Below are positions 38,856 through 48,691 of a stretch of 64,000 bases of DNA, in pieces. Made by a program: the position numbers and the translations under genes. Below the pieces are notes generated by a model. The model was not told where the DNA came from. It saw only the letters and a list, made by a program, of their open reading frames with translations, and did no database searches. The first letter of the stretch is position 1, and every line of letters begins with the position of its first letter. Location of the stretch: NCBI GenBank assembly GCA_963707955.1, contig OY970176.1, forward strand, positions 1,344,001-1,408,000, given 5' to 3'. This DNA comes from Candidatus Bathyarchaeota archaeon. Lineage in GTDB: Archaea > Thermoproteota > Bathyarchaeia > Bathyarchaeales > Bathycorpusculaceae.

Positions 38856-39392
38856 TCACCCTGCTAACGCTCTGAGCATCTCTGACCTCTTGTCGATAAA
38901 AGCGTCAAATTCTTCAACCTTGGCCGTCAGCGCGTCCATCGCTGTTCCCCAGTCGTCGTTTCCGGGCTGCATCTTGGCGACCTGTTCACTGCCGGCTCTT
39001 ATCTCTTCGGCTTTCTCTATCAAGCCCACGTCGTACTGGAGCACCGCGTCAAGCTTGTCTTCTTTGACCTTAATCGCGTCGAACATGCCCGCGTACCCCG
39101 CGATTGCCCTGTCCACTCTCTGGGTGACTCTGTCAAGACGAGAGTTGAAAGCGTCGATCCTGAACGCGTCACCTTGAGAAAGTTTTTGAACCATTTCTGG
39201 GTTTGCAAAAACCATTCTGATCGGGTTCTTGGCAGCCCTGAGTCTGCTGACGGCTTCTGTCCTTACAAGACGGTCGCTTTCGCGTCTCAGCTCCTTTTCC
39301 TTGTAGCCTCTGTACCCGGGGATGTAGCTCATTATCCTTTCAAGAAGAGTGCTTTCGCCCTGTACCTTTTCCAGATAGTCTTTTCCACTCAT
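38856..39392 (-). CDS. Conserved helical protein of the SPFH operon
   Basis: IPGYRGY..KELRRESD motif, helical; co-oriented in the operon. Confidence 0.7.
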   Translation of the reverse strand: MSGKDYLEKVQGESTLLERIMSYIPGYRGYKEKELRRESDRLVRTEAVSRLRAAKNPIRMVFANPEMVQKLSQGDAFRIDAFNSRLDRVTQRVDRAIAGYAGMFDAIKVKEDKLDAVLQYDVGLIEKAEEIRAGSEQVAKMQPGNDDWGTAMDALTAKVEEFDAFIDKRSEMLRALAG

Positions 39393-39730
39393 TTTCTACC
39401 CTTCATATATGATGCTAGTCCTATCACTGCGAGAGCTATGAGCAGTACTCCCAGGACAAGTACGGCTGGTATAAAGTTGTAGAAACCTGAAATGATGCCG
39501 AGGGCAACCATCACTGTTCCCCAGACGAGATAATACGTTGTATCGCCACTTACTGCAAATGAGTAGACAACAGTGTACACTCCCCAAGGACCGATGAACC
39601 ATGCAACGAGGTTGTATGCGTTGAATGCAAGTATGCCGAGGCTGTATACTATCGCGGCGACGCCGAGTGAAATGGCTATGATGGCAAGAGCTCCGACGCC
39701 GTAGCTGAAGCGCGTTCGTTGGGTTTTCAT
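39389..39730 (-). CDS. Four-TM membrane protein
   Basis: Hydrophobic 113 aa ORF with a 4 bp overlap with the next gene. Confidence 0.7.
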   Translation of the reverse strand: MKTQRTRFSYGVGALAIIAISLGVAAIVYSLGILAFNAYNLVAWFIGPWGVYTVVYSFAVSGDTTYYLVWGTVMVALGIISGFYNFIPAVLVLGVLLIALAVIGLASYMKGRK

Positions 39731-39789
39731 TCTGTTTTCCTCGCAGTTTTTATTCGACTACTAGTTATATCGTTGCTTTTAAAGTTTGA

Positions 39790-40542
39790 TTAGAGTATTC
39801 CGAAGCCCGCGGGTGGAATGTCGCCCTTTATGGCGGTCCCCGTTGCGCCGTCCACGATCAGCTGGTAATCCTTGCCCTTGTACTCGTATTTTACAAACCA
39901 TAATGGCGCGTGCAGGTAGACTGTCTCTTGTATCTTCACTTCGGTCTTCATGTCAATTATCTTGTCCACGTCTTGCTTAACCAGAAATCGATGGTTGCCT
40001 TCAATCTCCTGCTTTGCCTGCTCTTCAGCATTGTTCTTGTCCATTTCGCTGTTAAGAACTTTTGCGAAAGCTTCAATCCTCCGGAAGTCGTAAGGGATCT
40101 TGCCTTCCAGCGGAACCTCGTAATCCCTCGTTGGAAACTCCGTTGCCTTCCTTGCCAGCACGAGCCAATCGTACTCTTTCTTGATTGTTCCTTCCTTTTC
40201 GACAGCAGGAGTTATCCGCTCGAAAATTCCCTTGTAACTGCTCTTGGCCTCGATTGACACGACCCAGAACGGTAGGTAAATCAGTTCTTTCTCGACCATC
40301 TTTGATTTCCTCGCGAGGTCTGAGGGTTTTAGAAAACCCTCCCGCATCCAGCTTCTGACCGGTTCCTCGATCTGCGTCGGGTCGTACTTGTTGAGCAAAA
40401 GAGAGTGTTCAAAAGTGAAAGGCTGTCCAGTCTCTATGACAACAGTGAAACCGCAGTACTTGCACGTTGCCAACATTTCGCCTGGCTCGAACGCTATGGG
40501 CGCGCCGCAGTGTGAACATTTTATCTCCTGTACCACACCCAT
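39790..40542 (-). CDS. Zinc-ribbon protein (YdjG-like)
   Basis: CSHCGA...CKYCG, YLPFW, PLWFVKYEYKG...VDGATG. Confidence 0.75.
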   Translation of the reverse strand: MGVVQEIKCSHCGAPIAFEPGEMLATCKYCGFTVVIETGQPFTFEHSLLLNKYDPTQIEEPVRSWMREGFLKPSDLARKSKMVEKELIYLPFWVVSIEAKSSYKGIFERITPAVEKEGTIKKEYDWLVLARKATEFPTRDYEVPLEGKIPYDFRRIEAFAKVLNSEMDKNNAEEQAKQEIEGNHRFLVKQDVDKIIDMKTEVKIQETVYLHAPLWFVKYEYKGKDYQLIVDGATGTAIKGDIPPAGFGIL

Positions 40543-40547
40543 GCGCT

Positions 40548-41930
40548 CTATGCCTTCTGCTGCTCCCTCTTGACTATCTCTGTTGACGCGATTACGCCGG
40601 ACGCTGAAGCCTGAATCAGGCCTCTAGTTACGCCGGCTCCGTCTCCTACCGTGAAGAGGTTGTGAATCTTCGTTTCCAAACAATGGCTCAGCTGCAGCCT
40701 TGACGAGTAGAACTTGACCTCAATGCCGTACAACAGCGTGTCCCGCGAGTGCAGCCCCGGAGTGAGCTTGTCCAACGCTTGAAGCATCTCTCTTATGTCT
40801 GCAAGATAGCGGTAGGGCAACACGAAGCTCAGGTCACCGGGCGTCGCGTTCTTCAGCGTCGGAGTCACCACGCTTCGAGCGATCCTCTCAGGCGTGGACC
40901 TTCTTCCCGACTCCAAATCGCCGAGGCGTTGTACGATCACGCTTCCGCTGAGCAGGTTACCCAGCCTGGCAAGATATTTTCCGTACGCTATGGGTTCCTT
41001 GAAGGGCTCAGTGAACGACGTGCTCACCAGAATGGCGAAGTTCGTGTTCTCCGTCTTTCTCTCAGCATAACTTTGACCGTTGACCGTTAAAACCCCATCG
41101 TACGATTCGGTTATCACCTCACCATGAGGAGCAACGCAGAACGTTCGAACCTGGTCGTCGAAAGACTTTGAATAGTATATGAGCTTCGGCTCGTAAAGAA
41201 CGCTCGTCAGGTCTTCCATCACGGAGGCTAGCACTTCAACTCTTATTCCGACGTCAACGGGGTTGTTGAGCGTCTTCAAACCAAGAGCCTGAGCCTCCGT
41301 CTTAAGCCATTCAGCCCCGCTTCTTCCTGGACCAGCGATCACATACTTTGCAAGATACTTCTCGCCATTTGCAGTTTCAACGCCCTCCACAACGTTGTTC
41401 TTCACTATAAGGGCTTTCACGTCAGTTCTCGGTTTGAACTCAACCTTGCCGTTTAGTTCTTGCCGCATCTTTCGAAGCGTTTGGGCACATCTCTCGGTGC
41501 CCATGTGACGGATCTTCTGATGAACAAGCTTCAAACCCGCAAGCGATGCCTTGCGTTCAATCTCTTCTATCTTCTCGGCATCAGTGCCGTAAACGTGCTC
41601 AGGGGCCCCATACTTCAAGTAAATGCTGTCCGCGTAGTCCAAAAGCCCATGGAGTTCCTTTACAGAAACGTACTGGTCCAACCACCCGCCGACCTCCGTA
41701 GAAAGCGTGAGTTTCCCGTCACTGAAAGCTCCCGCTCCGCCCCACCCAGACAAGACCATGCATGGGTCACAGTTGACGCACTCGAAACCCCGGCTTGCAG
41801 GACACTTGCGCCGATTTATGTCGTGCCCTCTATCCAGCATCAGAATGCTCAGCTTGGTCTTTTCGGACAGTTCTAAGGCGGAGAATATCCCAGCAGGTCC
41901 CGCGCCGACAATTATCACATCATACTTCAA
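40548..41930 (-). CDS. Uncharacterised FAD-dependent oxidoreductase
   Basis: GAGPAG, GGAGAFSDGKL, RHMGTE, RTFC, GDGAGVTRG. Confidence 0.88.
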   Translation of the reverse strand: MKYDVIIVGAGPAGIFSALELSEKTKLSILMLDRGHDINRRKCPASRGFECVNCDPCMVLSGWGGAGAFSDGKLTLSTEVGGWLDQYVSVKELHGLLDYADSIYLKYGAPEHVYGTDAEKIEEIERKASLAGLKLVHQKIRHMGTERCAQTLRKMRQELNGKVEFKPRTDVKALIVKNNVVEGVETANGEKYLAKYVIAGPGRSGAEWLKTEAQALGLKTLNNPVDVGIRVEVLASVMEDLTSVLYEPKLIYYSKSFDDQVRTFCVAPHGEVITESYDGVLTVNGQSYAERKTENTNFAILVSTSFTEPFKEPIAYGKYLARLGNLLSGSVIVQRLGDLESGRRSTPERIARSVVTPTLKNATPGDLSFVLPYRYLADIREMLQALDKLTPGLHSRDTLLYGIEVKFYSSRLQLSHCLETKIHNLFTVGDGAGVTRGLIQASASGVIASTEIVKREQQKA

Positions 41931-42023
41931 TGGGCTTATCCCCTGAAACCCAGAAGTAGATACAGTAACTAGGATATATTTCTAGCGAGTAGACGAAGAC
42001 GAAAACAAACTGAACCTGCTGCG

Positions 42024-42374
42024 TCACTCTTCATGGTAAGATACGACACAGATGAACTTCACGAGTTTCTTGCCCGTGTTCTTGAACTGATGCTTCTCGT
42101 TTGGCGGAACGAAAATAGCGTCGCCGGGCTTGAACTTCTTCTCTCCACCCTCGCCCTTAACGACGCCTTCGCCCTCTAGGATGAAAACCTCGTGTTCCCA
42201 ATCATGCGTGTGCAGTGGACTGTGACCATCAGGTTCCATCTCGAAAAGTCTCATGGCAAAATTTGGGGCGCCAATCTCTCTTGTGATGAGCCATCTCACT
42301 TTCAGTTTTGAAGACCCTTCATCCGCAGCTTTTGCTTCAACGTCCTTGTATGGAAACACTTTCATTTCGATCAC
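42024..42374 (-). CDS. Cupin domain protein
   Basis: HTHDWEHE..ILEG and GD.IFVPPNEKH motifs. Confidence 0.9.
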   Translation of the reverse strand: MIEMKVFPYKDVEAKAADEGSSKLKVRWLITREIGAPNFAMRLFEMEPDGHSPLHTHDWEHEVFILEGEGVVKGEGGEKKFKPGDAIFVPPNEKHQFKNTGKKLVKFICVVSYHEE

Positions 42375-42413
42375 CGACCTAAGCTACAAACAATTATTGT
42401 TCAGCCACTTGCA

Positions 42414-42701
42414 CTAGTCTTTTATTGCTTCCAGCAAGCTCATAACGTTCCAAAGCTTTACTCTGGTGTAGGGTGGCATGTTCGGGTCCTGTAAAATCTC
42501 GTCCATAAGCGATACCGCGTTTGCAGCTCTGACAGCAGGCGTGAACTCTGGTGATTGCAGAGCGTTCATCGAATCCTTGGCCGCCCTTCTGATGTTCCTG
42601 GGCGTTGTGTTGTCTTCAGAAACAGCGGTGAGCACGACCAGCGCCTGTTTGATGCGCTCCTCGTACTCCTCCATCTTCTTCTTCCTAACCATTGGTGCCA
42701 C
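42414..42701 (-). CDS. UPF0147 family protein
   Basis: D.TTPRNIRRAA, DPNMP..R..LW. Confidence 0.9.
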   Translation of the reverse strand: MAPMVRKKKMEEYEERIKQALVVLTAVSEDNTTPRNIRRAAKDSMNALQSPEFTPAVRAANAVSLMDEILQDPNMPPYTRVKLWNVMSLLEAIKD

Positions 42702-42767
42702 CTCACAAAGATCGTTATGGCCTAGTTATATAGGCCTTGATACCTATTTACTTTGAGGTTTTAAAGC

Positions 42768-43133
42768 TTGTCCCGAAAGCAACCTGATGAGCCGCACATC
42801 AAAAGAATGGCAGACTTGCTGAGGCGAGGGTCAACCCTGACAGAGTTAGCCTGTCCCGTGTGTGCTTCCCCGTTGTTCAGGCTGAAAAGCGGAGGACTCT
42901 GGTGCGGAAGATGCGAGAAGAAAGTCATAGTCGTGAAGGAGGGAGAAGAACCTTTCAAAATGGAAAGGTCCGCGGCGCTCGACAGTCTTGAGGCCACGCT
43001 CATAGCCAAGGTGCAGGAAATACAAAAGAAGGTGCAGTGCGAGCAGAACCCCGAGGAACTCCAGAAACTGGGCACAGCTCTTTCTGGACTGCTTGAAAAC
43101 CTTGAAAGAACAAGAAAAATCAGAAAAACCTAG
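42768..43133 (+). CDS. UPF0148 / autoantigen-p27-like zinc finger protein
   Basis: MADLLRRG..L..ACPVCASPLF...CGRC. Confidence 0.85.
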   Translation: MSRKQPDEPHIKRMADLLRRGSTLTELACPVCASPLFRLKSGGLWCGRCEKKVIVVKEGEEPFKMERSAALDSLEATLIAKVQEIQKKVQCEQNPEELQKLGTALSGLLENLERTRKIRKT

Positions 43134-43148
43134 CCGGAACCAAGGAAA

Positions 43149-43658
43149 ATGCTTGGTTTCTACAACAACTTTCCCAGAAGCGTTCATAAAACCGTGCGTT
43201 TTGTCACCTCAATCTCAGAGAAGACGCTGCAAAAAGCTTTGGTCGAGACCTTTTACAAGTTAAACAATGGAACCTTCAGCCTGGAAGAAGTAGCCACCCC
43301 ATCAATACCTCAGTGCACGGTCATCTTCGAGTTCGGAGTAGCCGAAGGCGACGACTTCAACTATCTCGACGAAGAGGAGAGAAGCCGGCTGTTAAAAGTC
43401 ATAGGAAAAAAACCTTTCTCAACCATGGATTTTCTCTGCGTTATACGTTACTACAAACTTCGAAACGAAACTAGAACGCCGTTGAAGTTTGACTATTACA
43501 TGCTCCGGTTCAGTTTCAACAAGAAAATCGCGCAGATGCGAGTCTTCCACGAAAAGGGACTAATGTACGTGTCACACAAGGACCTCCCCTATTTCATAGC
43601 CGACAAGATCAACGCACAGTTTTGCAGGAGAGTGCTGAGAGCTCAGGAAGTCGCCTAG
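43149..43658 (+). CDS. Hypothetical protein
   Basis: 169 aa ORF co-oriented with UPF0148; no family recognised. Confidence 0.65.
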   Translation: MLGFYNNFPRSVHKTVRFVTSISEKTLQKALVETFYKLNNGTFSLEEVATPSIPQCTVIFEFGVAEGDDFNYLDEEERSRLLKVIGKKPFSTMDFLCVIRYYKLRNETRTPLKFDYYMLRFSFNKKIAQMRVFHEKGLMYVSHKDLPYFIADKINAQFCRRVLRAQEVA

Positions 43659-44254
43659 CAGGCTTCCTTCAAGAACCCCTTGACTGTTGAAACAATTTCT
43701 CTCGCAACTTCTGTTTTCGACCTGTTTCCGTCTACCCTGACAAGCGCACCTTCGTCGACAAATCTAAGGTAGATCTCCCTCACTTTCAGTTGAGTTTCAA
43801 GGTTCTCCATCACCGATCTCTTTCGCTTTAACCTTCGAATCACGGTCTCCGGCTCGACATCGATGAAAAGTGCCAGACCGGGGCGAACGGCATGTTCATT
43901 GATCTTCTCGATCCATCTCAAATCCAACCCCGCCGCCCCTTGATAAGCCAACGACGAGAAGACATAGCGGTCCGAAACCACAAGCTTCCCTTCATCCAGA
44001 GCGGGCAAAACCTCACTCTTCAAGTGCTCAAAACGGTCGGCAGCGAAGAGCAAAGCCTCAACCACGGCAGAGCCACGCTTATCAGCGTGAAGATAATGTT
44101 TCTTGATGAGTTTTCCGATTTTTCCGTCACTCGGCTCAGCCGTGTAGACTGCATCGTAGTCCCCTCTCAGTCTTTTCACGAGCAGCTTTGCCTGCGTAGT
44201 CTTTCCACAACCGTCCAGCCCTTCAACACAAATGAAGATTCCACGGTCACCCAT
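43655..44254 (-). CDS. tmk: Thymidylate kinase
   Basis: EGLDGCGKTTQ, LLFAADR, DRY..SSLAYQG. Confidence 0.95.
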   Translation of the reverse strand: MGDRGIFICVEGLDGCGKTTQAKLLVKRLRGDYDAVYTAEPSDGKIGKLIKKHYLHADKRGSAVVEALLFAADRFEHLKSEVLPALDEGKLVVSDRYVFSSLAYQGAAGLDLRWIEKINEHAVRPGLALFIDVEPETVIRRLKRKRSVMENLETQLKVREIYLRFVDEGALVRVDGNRSKTEVAREIVSTVKGFLKEAC

Positions 44255-44287
44255 GCTTTATCCATCCGTTGATGTTGAGCATGAGAC

Positions 44288-45214
44288 TCAGCATCCGTAC
44301 GCTAAATATAAACGCGCACAGGTAGCAACCTTGGCTCCATCACCCACGCACGCGGGCACCAAATCCCCGACCGTTGAAGCACATCCTCCGGCTGCAAAGA
44401 CTCCCGCAACACTCGTCCTTCCAAACTCGTCCACGACGACGCAGCCTTGCCTATGAGTTTTTATGCCCGCGTTGCGCAAGACCGAAACAAACGGTTTGAC
44501 CCCTGCGACGACAAAAACCATGTTCGTTCTCAACGTCTTAGTTCCAGAACCGCTCATGTGACGCAGCACGAGCTGTTTAGACGGCGGTCTACCCTTGATC
44601 TCTTTCCCCTCAAAACCCTCTATCAGACCGACCTTCCTCTTTTCCAGCTGCTTCCTCATCTGTTCATCAACGCCAATCATGTTGACGTGATTAACTAGCC
44701 TAACATTCTTGGCCACACTCGCTAAACGCAGAGCTTCATCCACCGCATCTTTAACGTTGCCAACGACGACAATGTCCTTCCCCTTCAAAAAAGGCGCACC
44801 GCACTCTGCACAGTAGGCCACGCCTGCACCTAGCCAAGTCTCCCACTTCATTCCTATACCTTTCATTCCATCTCCGGTCGCAAGGATCAAAGCCTTGCAT
44901 CGATACGTACTTCTTCGAGTATCTACGACCTTGTCTTCTCTGTCCAAAGAAAGATTGGTAACCTCTTCTGAAGTGTGAAGTTCGGCGCCGTTTTTCTCAG
45001 CTTGATGTGCCATTTTCTCCGTAAGTCTCAGCCCAGAAACCTTCCTTTGAAACCCGGGATAATTCTCTAATCCGCGAATCTCTGTTGCCAATCCACCTGC
45101 CCTCTCCTCTCCCTCTAAAACGAGTGTACGCAAGCCGAAGGTTCCACAGTGAATGGCAGCAGCTAGACCCGCCGGTCCACCACCAACGATAATGACGTCA
45201 TACAGGTTACTCAT
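44288..45214 (-). CDS. Thioredoxin-reductase-like flavoprotein
   Basis: GGGPAG, ENYPGF, ILATG, GVAYCAEC, TSVAGVFAAG. Confidence 0.85.
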   Translation of the reverse strand: MSNLYDVIIVGGGPAGLAAAIHCGTFGLRTLVLEGEERAGGLATEIRGLENYPGFQRKVSGLRLTEKMAHQAEKNGAELHTSEEVTNLSLDREDKVVDTRRSTYRCKALILATGDGMKGIGMKWETWLGAGVAYCAECGAPFLKGKDIVVVGNVKDAVDEALRLASVAKNVRLVNHVNMIGVDEQMRKQLEKRKVGLIEGFEGKEIKGRPPSKQLVLRHMSGSGTKTLRTNMVFVVAGVKPFVSVLRNAGIKTHRQGCVVVDEFGRTSVAGVFAAGGCASTVGDLVPACVGDGAKVATCARLYLAYGC

Positions 45215-45455
45215 TTTCCCTCATCATCAATATCACACGTTACCTCTTATAGAATTGACTACAGCAAGGCATGCTTCAGCAGCAAAACCATGTGCTTTGA
45301 AGAAAAGTGCAAATTCTTTCATGAGCTCCCAGCTCAACACCCTCTTCGGGGTTATTCCGACCCTGCGCGCACACGTCTTAAAACGAAACCAACATCAGGC
45401 ATTATAAGAGCGAGGCTGCATAAGTGACTAATCAAGATCATATGGTGAAAAATCG

Positions 45456-46736
45456 ATGCCCACTGAATATTGGGGCGAAATAAAGGATCCAGTGCACGGG
45501 TACGTGTACATAACGCAGGAAGAGAAAACGATCATCGACTCCTACCCCGTTCAGAGGCTGCACAGACTGCGCCAGCTCGCCGGCGCAGAATACGTTTATC
45601 CCGGAGCAAACCACACACGCTTCGAACACTCTGTCGGTGTAATGTACCTGGCGGGCAGAGTGGCTGAGAACCCCAACATCTCCCAGTACGTGAACGAAGA
45701 CGAAGCAGAAACGCTCAGGGTTGCAGCGTTGCTCCACGACGTTGGGCACGGGCCGTTCTCACACGTTTTCGAGTACCTGCTCAACAAGGAGCTTGACAAG
45801 ACACATGAAGACCTCACAACATGGATAATCCAGAAGAGCGAACTGAACGATATCATAAGAAGGGCAGGCTACAACCCGCAGGACGTTGGAAAACTCGCGG
45901 TGGGAAAGCTGCGCAAACCCAAAAAAGCCTTCCTAGACCAGATAATAAGCAGCACGGTTGACGTTGACAAGCAGGACTTCATCGTTCGAGACACGTACCA
46001 CACGGGCGCAGAGTACGGGTACATCGACGTGTACCGACTGATCCACACGCTAGACGTGCTCGGTGAAAACTTGGCAGTCGAGGTGGGAGCACTCTCGGCC
46101 TTAGAATCGCTCTTAATAGCCCGCATAGAATCCTTCAAGAGCATATACTTCCACCGAGTCGGCAGAGCCGCGCAGATAATGCTCGCCACGGCCATGGAGA
46201 ACGCAAACGAAGAACTCGGCTTCACACGCTTCAAAACCCCAGAACAGTACCTAGCCATGGACGACTACACCGTATACGCGAAGCTGAAAGAATGCAAGAA
46301 ATCCAAAAAGATCATCAGAGACCTTGAAAACAGGAAAATGCTCAAGTGCGCTTACGAAAAGACCTTCTACGAAAAAGACACGATGATTTCAAACATCTTC
46401 AGCCGCGAAGCCTACAGGAAACAATTGCAGTCAGAAATCGCCGAAGAAGCAAACGTCCAAACAGAAGCTGTCATCATCGACGTACCCACGGTTCCGTCTG
46501 TCCCGTACGAACACTCGGTGCTAACGGAAAGCATGGAGATCCCAGTGTTCATCAAGACACCGCAGGGAAAGAAGATACCACAGCGCCTAAGCGAGATCTC
46601 AAGAATCTTCGAGACGCTAAAAGGGTTCATGAACATACTGCGCGTCTACACAATGGCGGAAGAACGCGAGAAAGTGAGCACTGCAGCCACAAAAGTATTG
46701 GGCAGGATACCCTCATCAGCAAAGATCTCTTACTGA
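45456..46736 (+). CDS. HD-domain phosphohydrolase (SAMHD1/dGTPase-like)
   Basis: DPVHG, QRL..LRQL, HTRFEHS, LLHDVGHGPFSH, DVDKQDF..RD. Confidence 0.93.
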   Translation: MPTEYWGEIKDPVHGYVYITQEEKTIIDSYPVQRLHRLRQLAGAEYVYPGANHTRFEHSVGVMYLAGRVAENPNISQYVNEDEAETLRVAALLHDVGHGPFSHVFEYLLNKELDKTHEDLTTWIIQKSELNDIIRRAGYNPQDVGKLAVGKLRKPKKAFLDQIISSTVDVDKQDFIVRDTYHTGAEYGYIDVYRLIHTLDVLGENLAVEVGALSALESLLIARIESFKSIYFHRVGRAAQIMLATAMENANEELGFTRFKTPEQYLAMDDYTVYAKLKECKKSKKIIRDLENRKMLKCAYEKTFYEKDTMISNIFSREAYRKQLQSEIAEEANVQTEAVIIDVPTVPSVPYEHSVLTESMEIPVFIKTPQGKKIPQRLSEISRIFETLKGFMNILRVYTMAEEREKVSTAATKVLGRIPSSAKISY

Positions 46737-46748
46737 AGGCTTTCAAGA

Positions 46749-47162
46749 ATGTCGCCAGTTATTTTGAAGGGCCGAGCCATCGTCGAAGGCCGCTGCAGGG
46801 CAGAAGCCCTGGTCAGCACAAAACCGATCAGTTTTCTGGGCGGAGTCGACCCGGCGGACGGCAAAATAATCGAGAAAAAACATGACCTGTGCGGCCTGTG
46901 CATAAAAGACAAAGTTCTGTGCTTCCCCCACGGCCACGGCTCAACAGTCGGCAGCTACGTGCTCTACTCTCTGGCCAAGAAAGGACTTGCACCGAAGGCA
47001 ATAATCAACCAAACGGCCGACTCTGTTGTCGTAGTTGGCGCAATAATAGCGAACGTTCCCATGATGGATCAGGTAGACATCAGCAAAATCAATACCGGCG
47101 ACACGGTTGAAGTCGACGCATGCAAAGGCGTTGCCAAAATCGTAAGACGAAGGGGGACCTAG
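46749..47162 (+). CDS. Aconitase X small subunit (DUF126; phosphomevalonate dehydratase small subunit-like)
   Basis: ISFLGGVDP, GSTVGSY, APKAII. Confidence 0.9.
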   Translation: MSPVILKGRAIVEGRCRAEALVSTKPISFLGGVDPADGKIIEKKHDLCGLCIKDKVLCFPHGHGSTVGSYVLYSLAKKGLAPKAIINQTADSVVVVGAIIANVPMMDQVDISKINTGDTVEVDACKGVAKIVRRRGT

Positions 47163-47169
47163 CAAACAC

Positions 47170-48342
47170 GTGTACTTGACCAAAGAAGAGGAACGAATAC
47201 TCAACGGCGAACGCGGATGGGCAAACCAGACCTGCATGAAAATACTCACCCGTCTAGGCGACCTGTACAACGCCGAAAAGCTGATTCCGATAAGCTCAGC
47301 ACACGTTTCCGGCGTGTCATACAAAACGTTAGGCGACGCCCCAGTAGAGTTCCTTCAGGCATTAGCAGATGCTGGTGCAAGGGTAAAAGTCAAAACCACA
47401 CTTAACCCTCAGAGCCTCGACCCAGAACATCTAACAAAAAGGTTGCCCAAGACTCTGTGCGAAAAACAGCTTAACGTCCTCGAACAGTTTGAAAGAATGG
47501 GCACAACAAAATCCCTAACGTGCACGCCATACTACCTGGAAAAGCCGAAGCGTGAGTCTCATCTGGCATGGGCTGAATCCTCAGCCGTGGTCTACGCCAA
47601 CTCTGTCCTCGGCGCGTGGACCAACCGTGAGGGCGGACCAAGCGCACTCGCCGCTGCGATAATGGGCAAGACGCCAGACCACGGGATGCACAGAGCCGAA
47701 AACCGACAACCAAACATCCTAGTAAACGTCGAAACGCGACTACAAGACGAGACAGAGTTCGGAGCCCTCGGAATCCATCTAGGCAAGATGCTGAGAGACA
47801 GAATTCCCATCATTCAAGGGCTGGGAAAGACCTCAAGAGACATGCTAAAACAGCTAAGCGCCGCTGTGGCCACGACAGGCATGACAAACATGTTTCACTG
47901 TAACACTTGTTCAGAGACAAAAGGAATTGAAAGAATAAGCGTAGAAGCCGAGGACATAAGACGAACGATCCAAGAATTGTCCACCGCATCGTGCAAGAAG
48001 TGTGACCTGGTCTTCATAGGATGCCCACACTGTTCTTTAGCCGAGATGAAACAAATCGCTCAAACCGTTCATGGAAAGAAAGTAAAACATGGAACAGAGT
48101 TGTGGGTCTGCACCTCAAGCCACATCAAAGAAACTGCCAGAGACTACGTCAACGAAATAGAGAGAAGCGGAGGCCAAGTATTGGCCGGCGTTTGTACAGT
48201 TGTTTCTTGGACAGAAAAGCTCGGAATAGAGACCATCATGACCAACTCCGCGAAGACAGCTTACTATGCGCCAACGCTCAGTAAAGCGGCAACAATCCTT
48301 AGCCCGATGAAAGAGTGCTTGAGAGCGGCATTCCAACGGTAA
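47170..48342 (+). CDS. Aconitase X large subunit (DUF521; phosphomevalonate dehydratase large subunit-like)
   Basis: SGVSYKT.G, TCTPY, AWAESSA..ANS, TNREGGP, GCPHCS, TNSAK. Confidence 0.92.
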   Translation: MYLTKEEERILNGERGWANQTCMKILTRLGDLYNAEKLIPISSAHVSGVSYKTLGDAPVEFLQALADAGARVKVKTTLNPQSLDPEHLTKRLPKTLCEKQLNVLEQFERMGTTKSLTCTPYYLEKPKRESHLAWAESSAVVYANSVLGAWTNREGGPSALAAAIMGKTPDHGMHRAENRQPNILVNVETRLQDETEFGALGIHLGKMLRDRIPIIQGLGKTSRDMLKQLSAAVATTGMTNMFHCNTCSETKGIERISVEAEDIRRTIQELSTASCKKCDLVFIGCPHCSLAEMKQIAQTVHGKKVKHGTELWVCTSSHIKETARDYVNEIERSGGQVLAGVCTVVSWTEKLGIETIMTNSAKTAYYAPTLSKAATILSPMKECLRAAFQR

Positions 48343-48390
48343 CCTTTATTCGAACGAAGAAATACTCTGGATGATGCATCGGGCTAAAAC

Positions 48391-48468
48391 GCTCCGGTAG
48401 TATAGCCCGGTTAAGTATTCCGGCCTTTCGAGCCGGAGACCCGGGTCCAAATCCCGGCCGGAGCACCA
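48391..48468 (+). tRNA. tRNA-Glu(TTC)
   Basis: GCTCCGG/CCGGAGC plus ACCA; anticodon arm CCGGC-CT-TTC-GA-GCCGG. Confidence 0.95.
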
Positions 48469-48691
48469 CATTCTAGGCACAGTTTAAGCGTATCTTGGCC
48501 AAGTTTCCGCCATAACCCCGCCGTCGCAACTATTTTCTCGGTGTTCAGCATTTTATTGGCCAACTCCGTTCCCAAGTTTTTTGTTGGGCCCAAGCGCGCG
48601 CTGTTTCTATACCTGTAATGCGCCCACTGTGATCAAGGTCGATAGTCACGTTTTCTGCAAGCTCTTCGCTTGTCTCATCTGCTAGAAGGTT

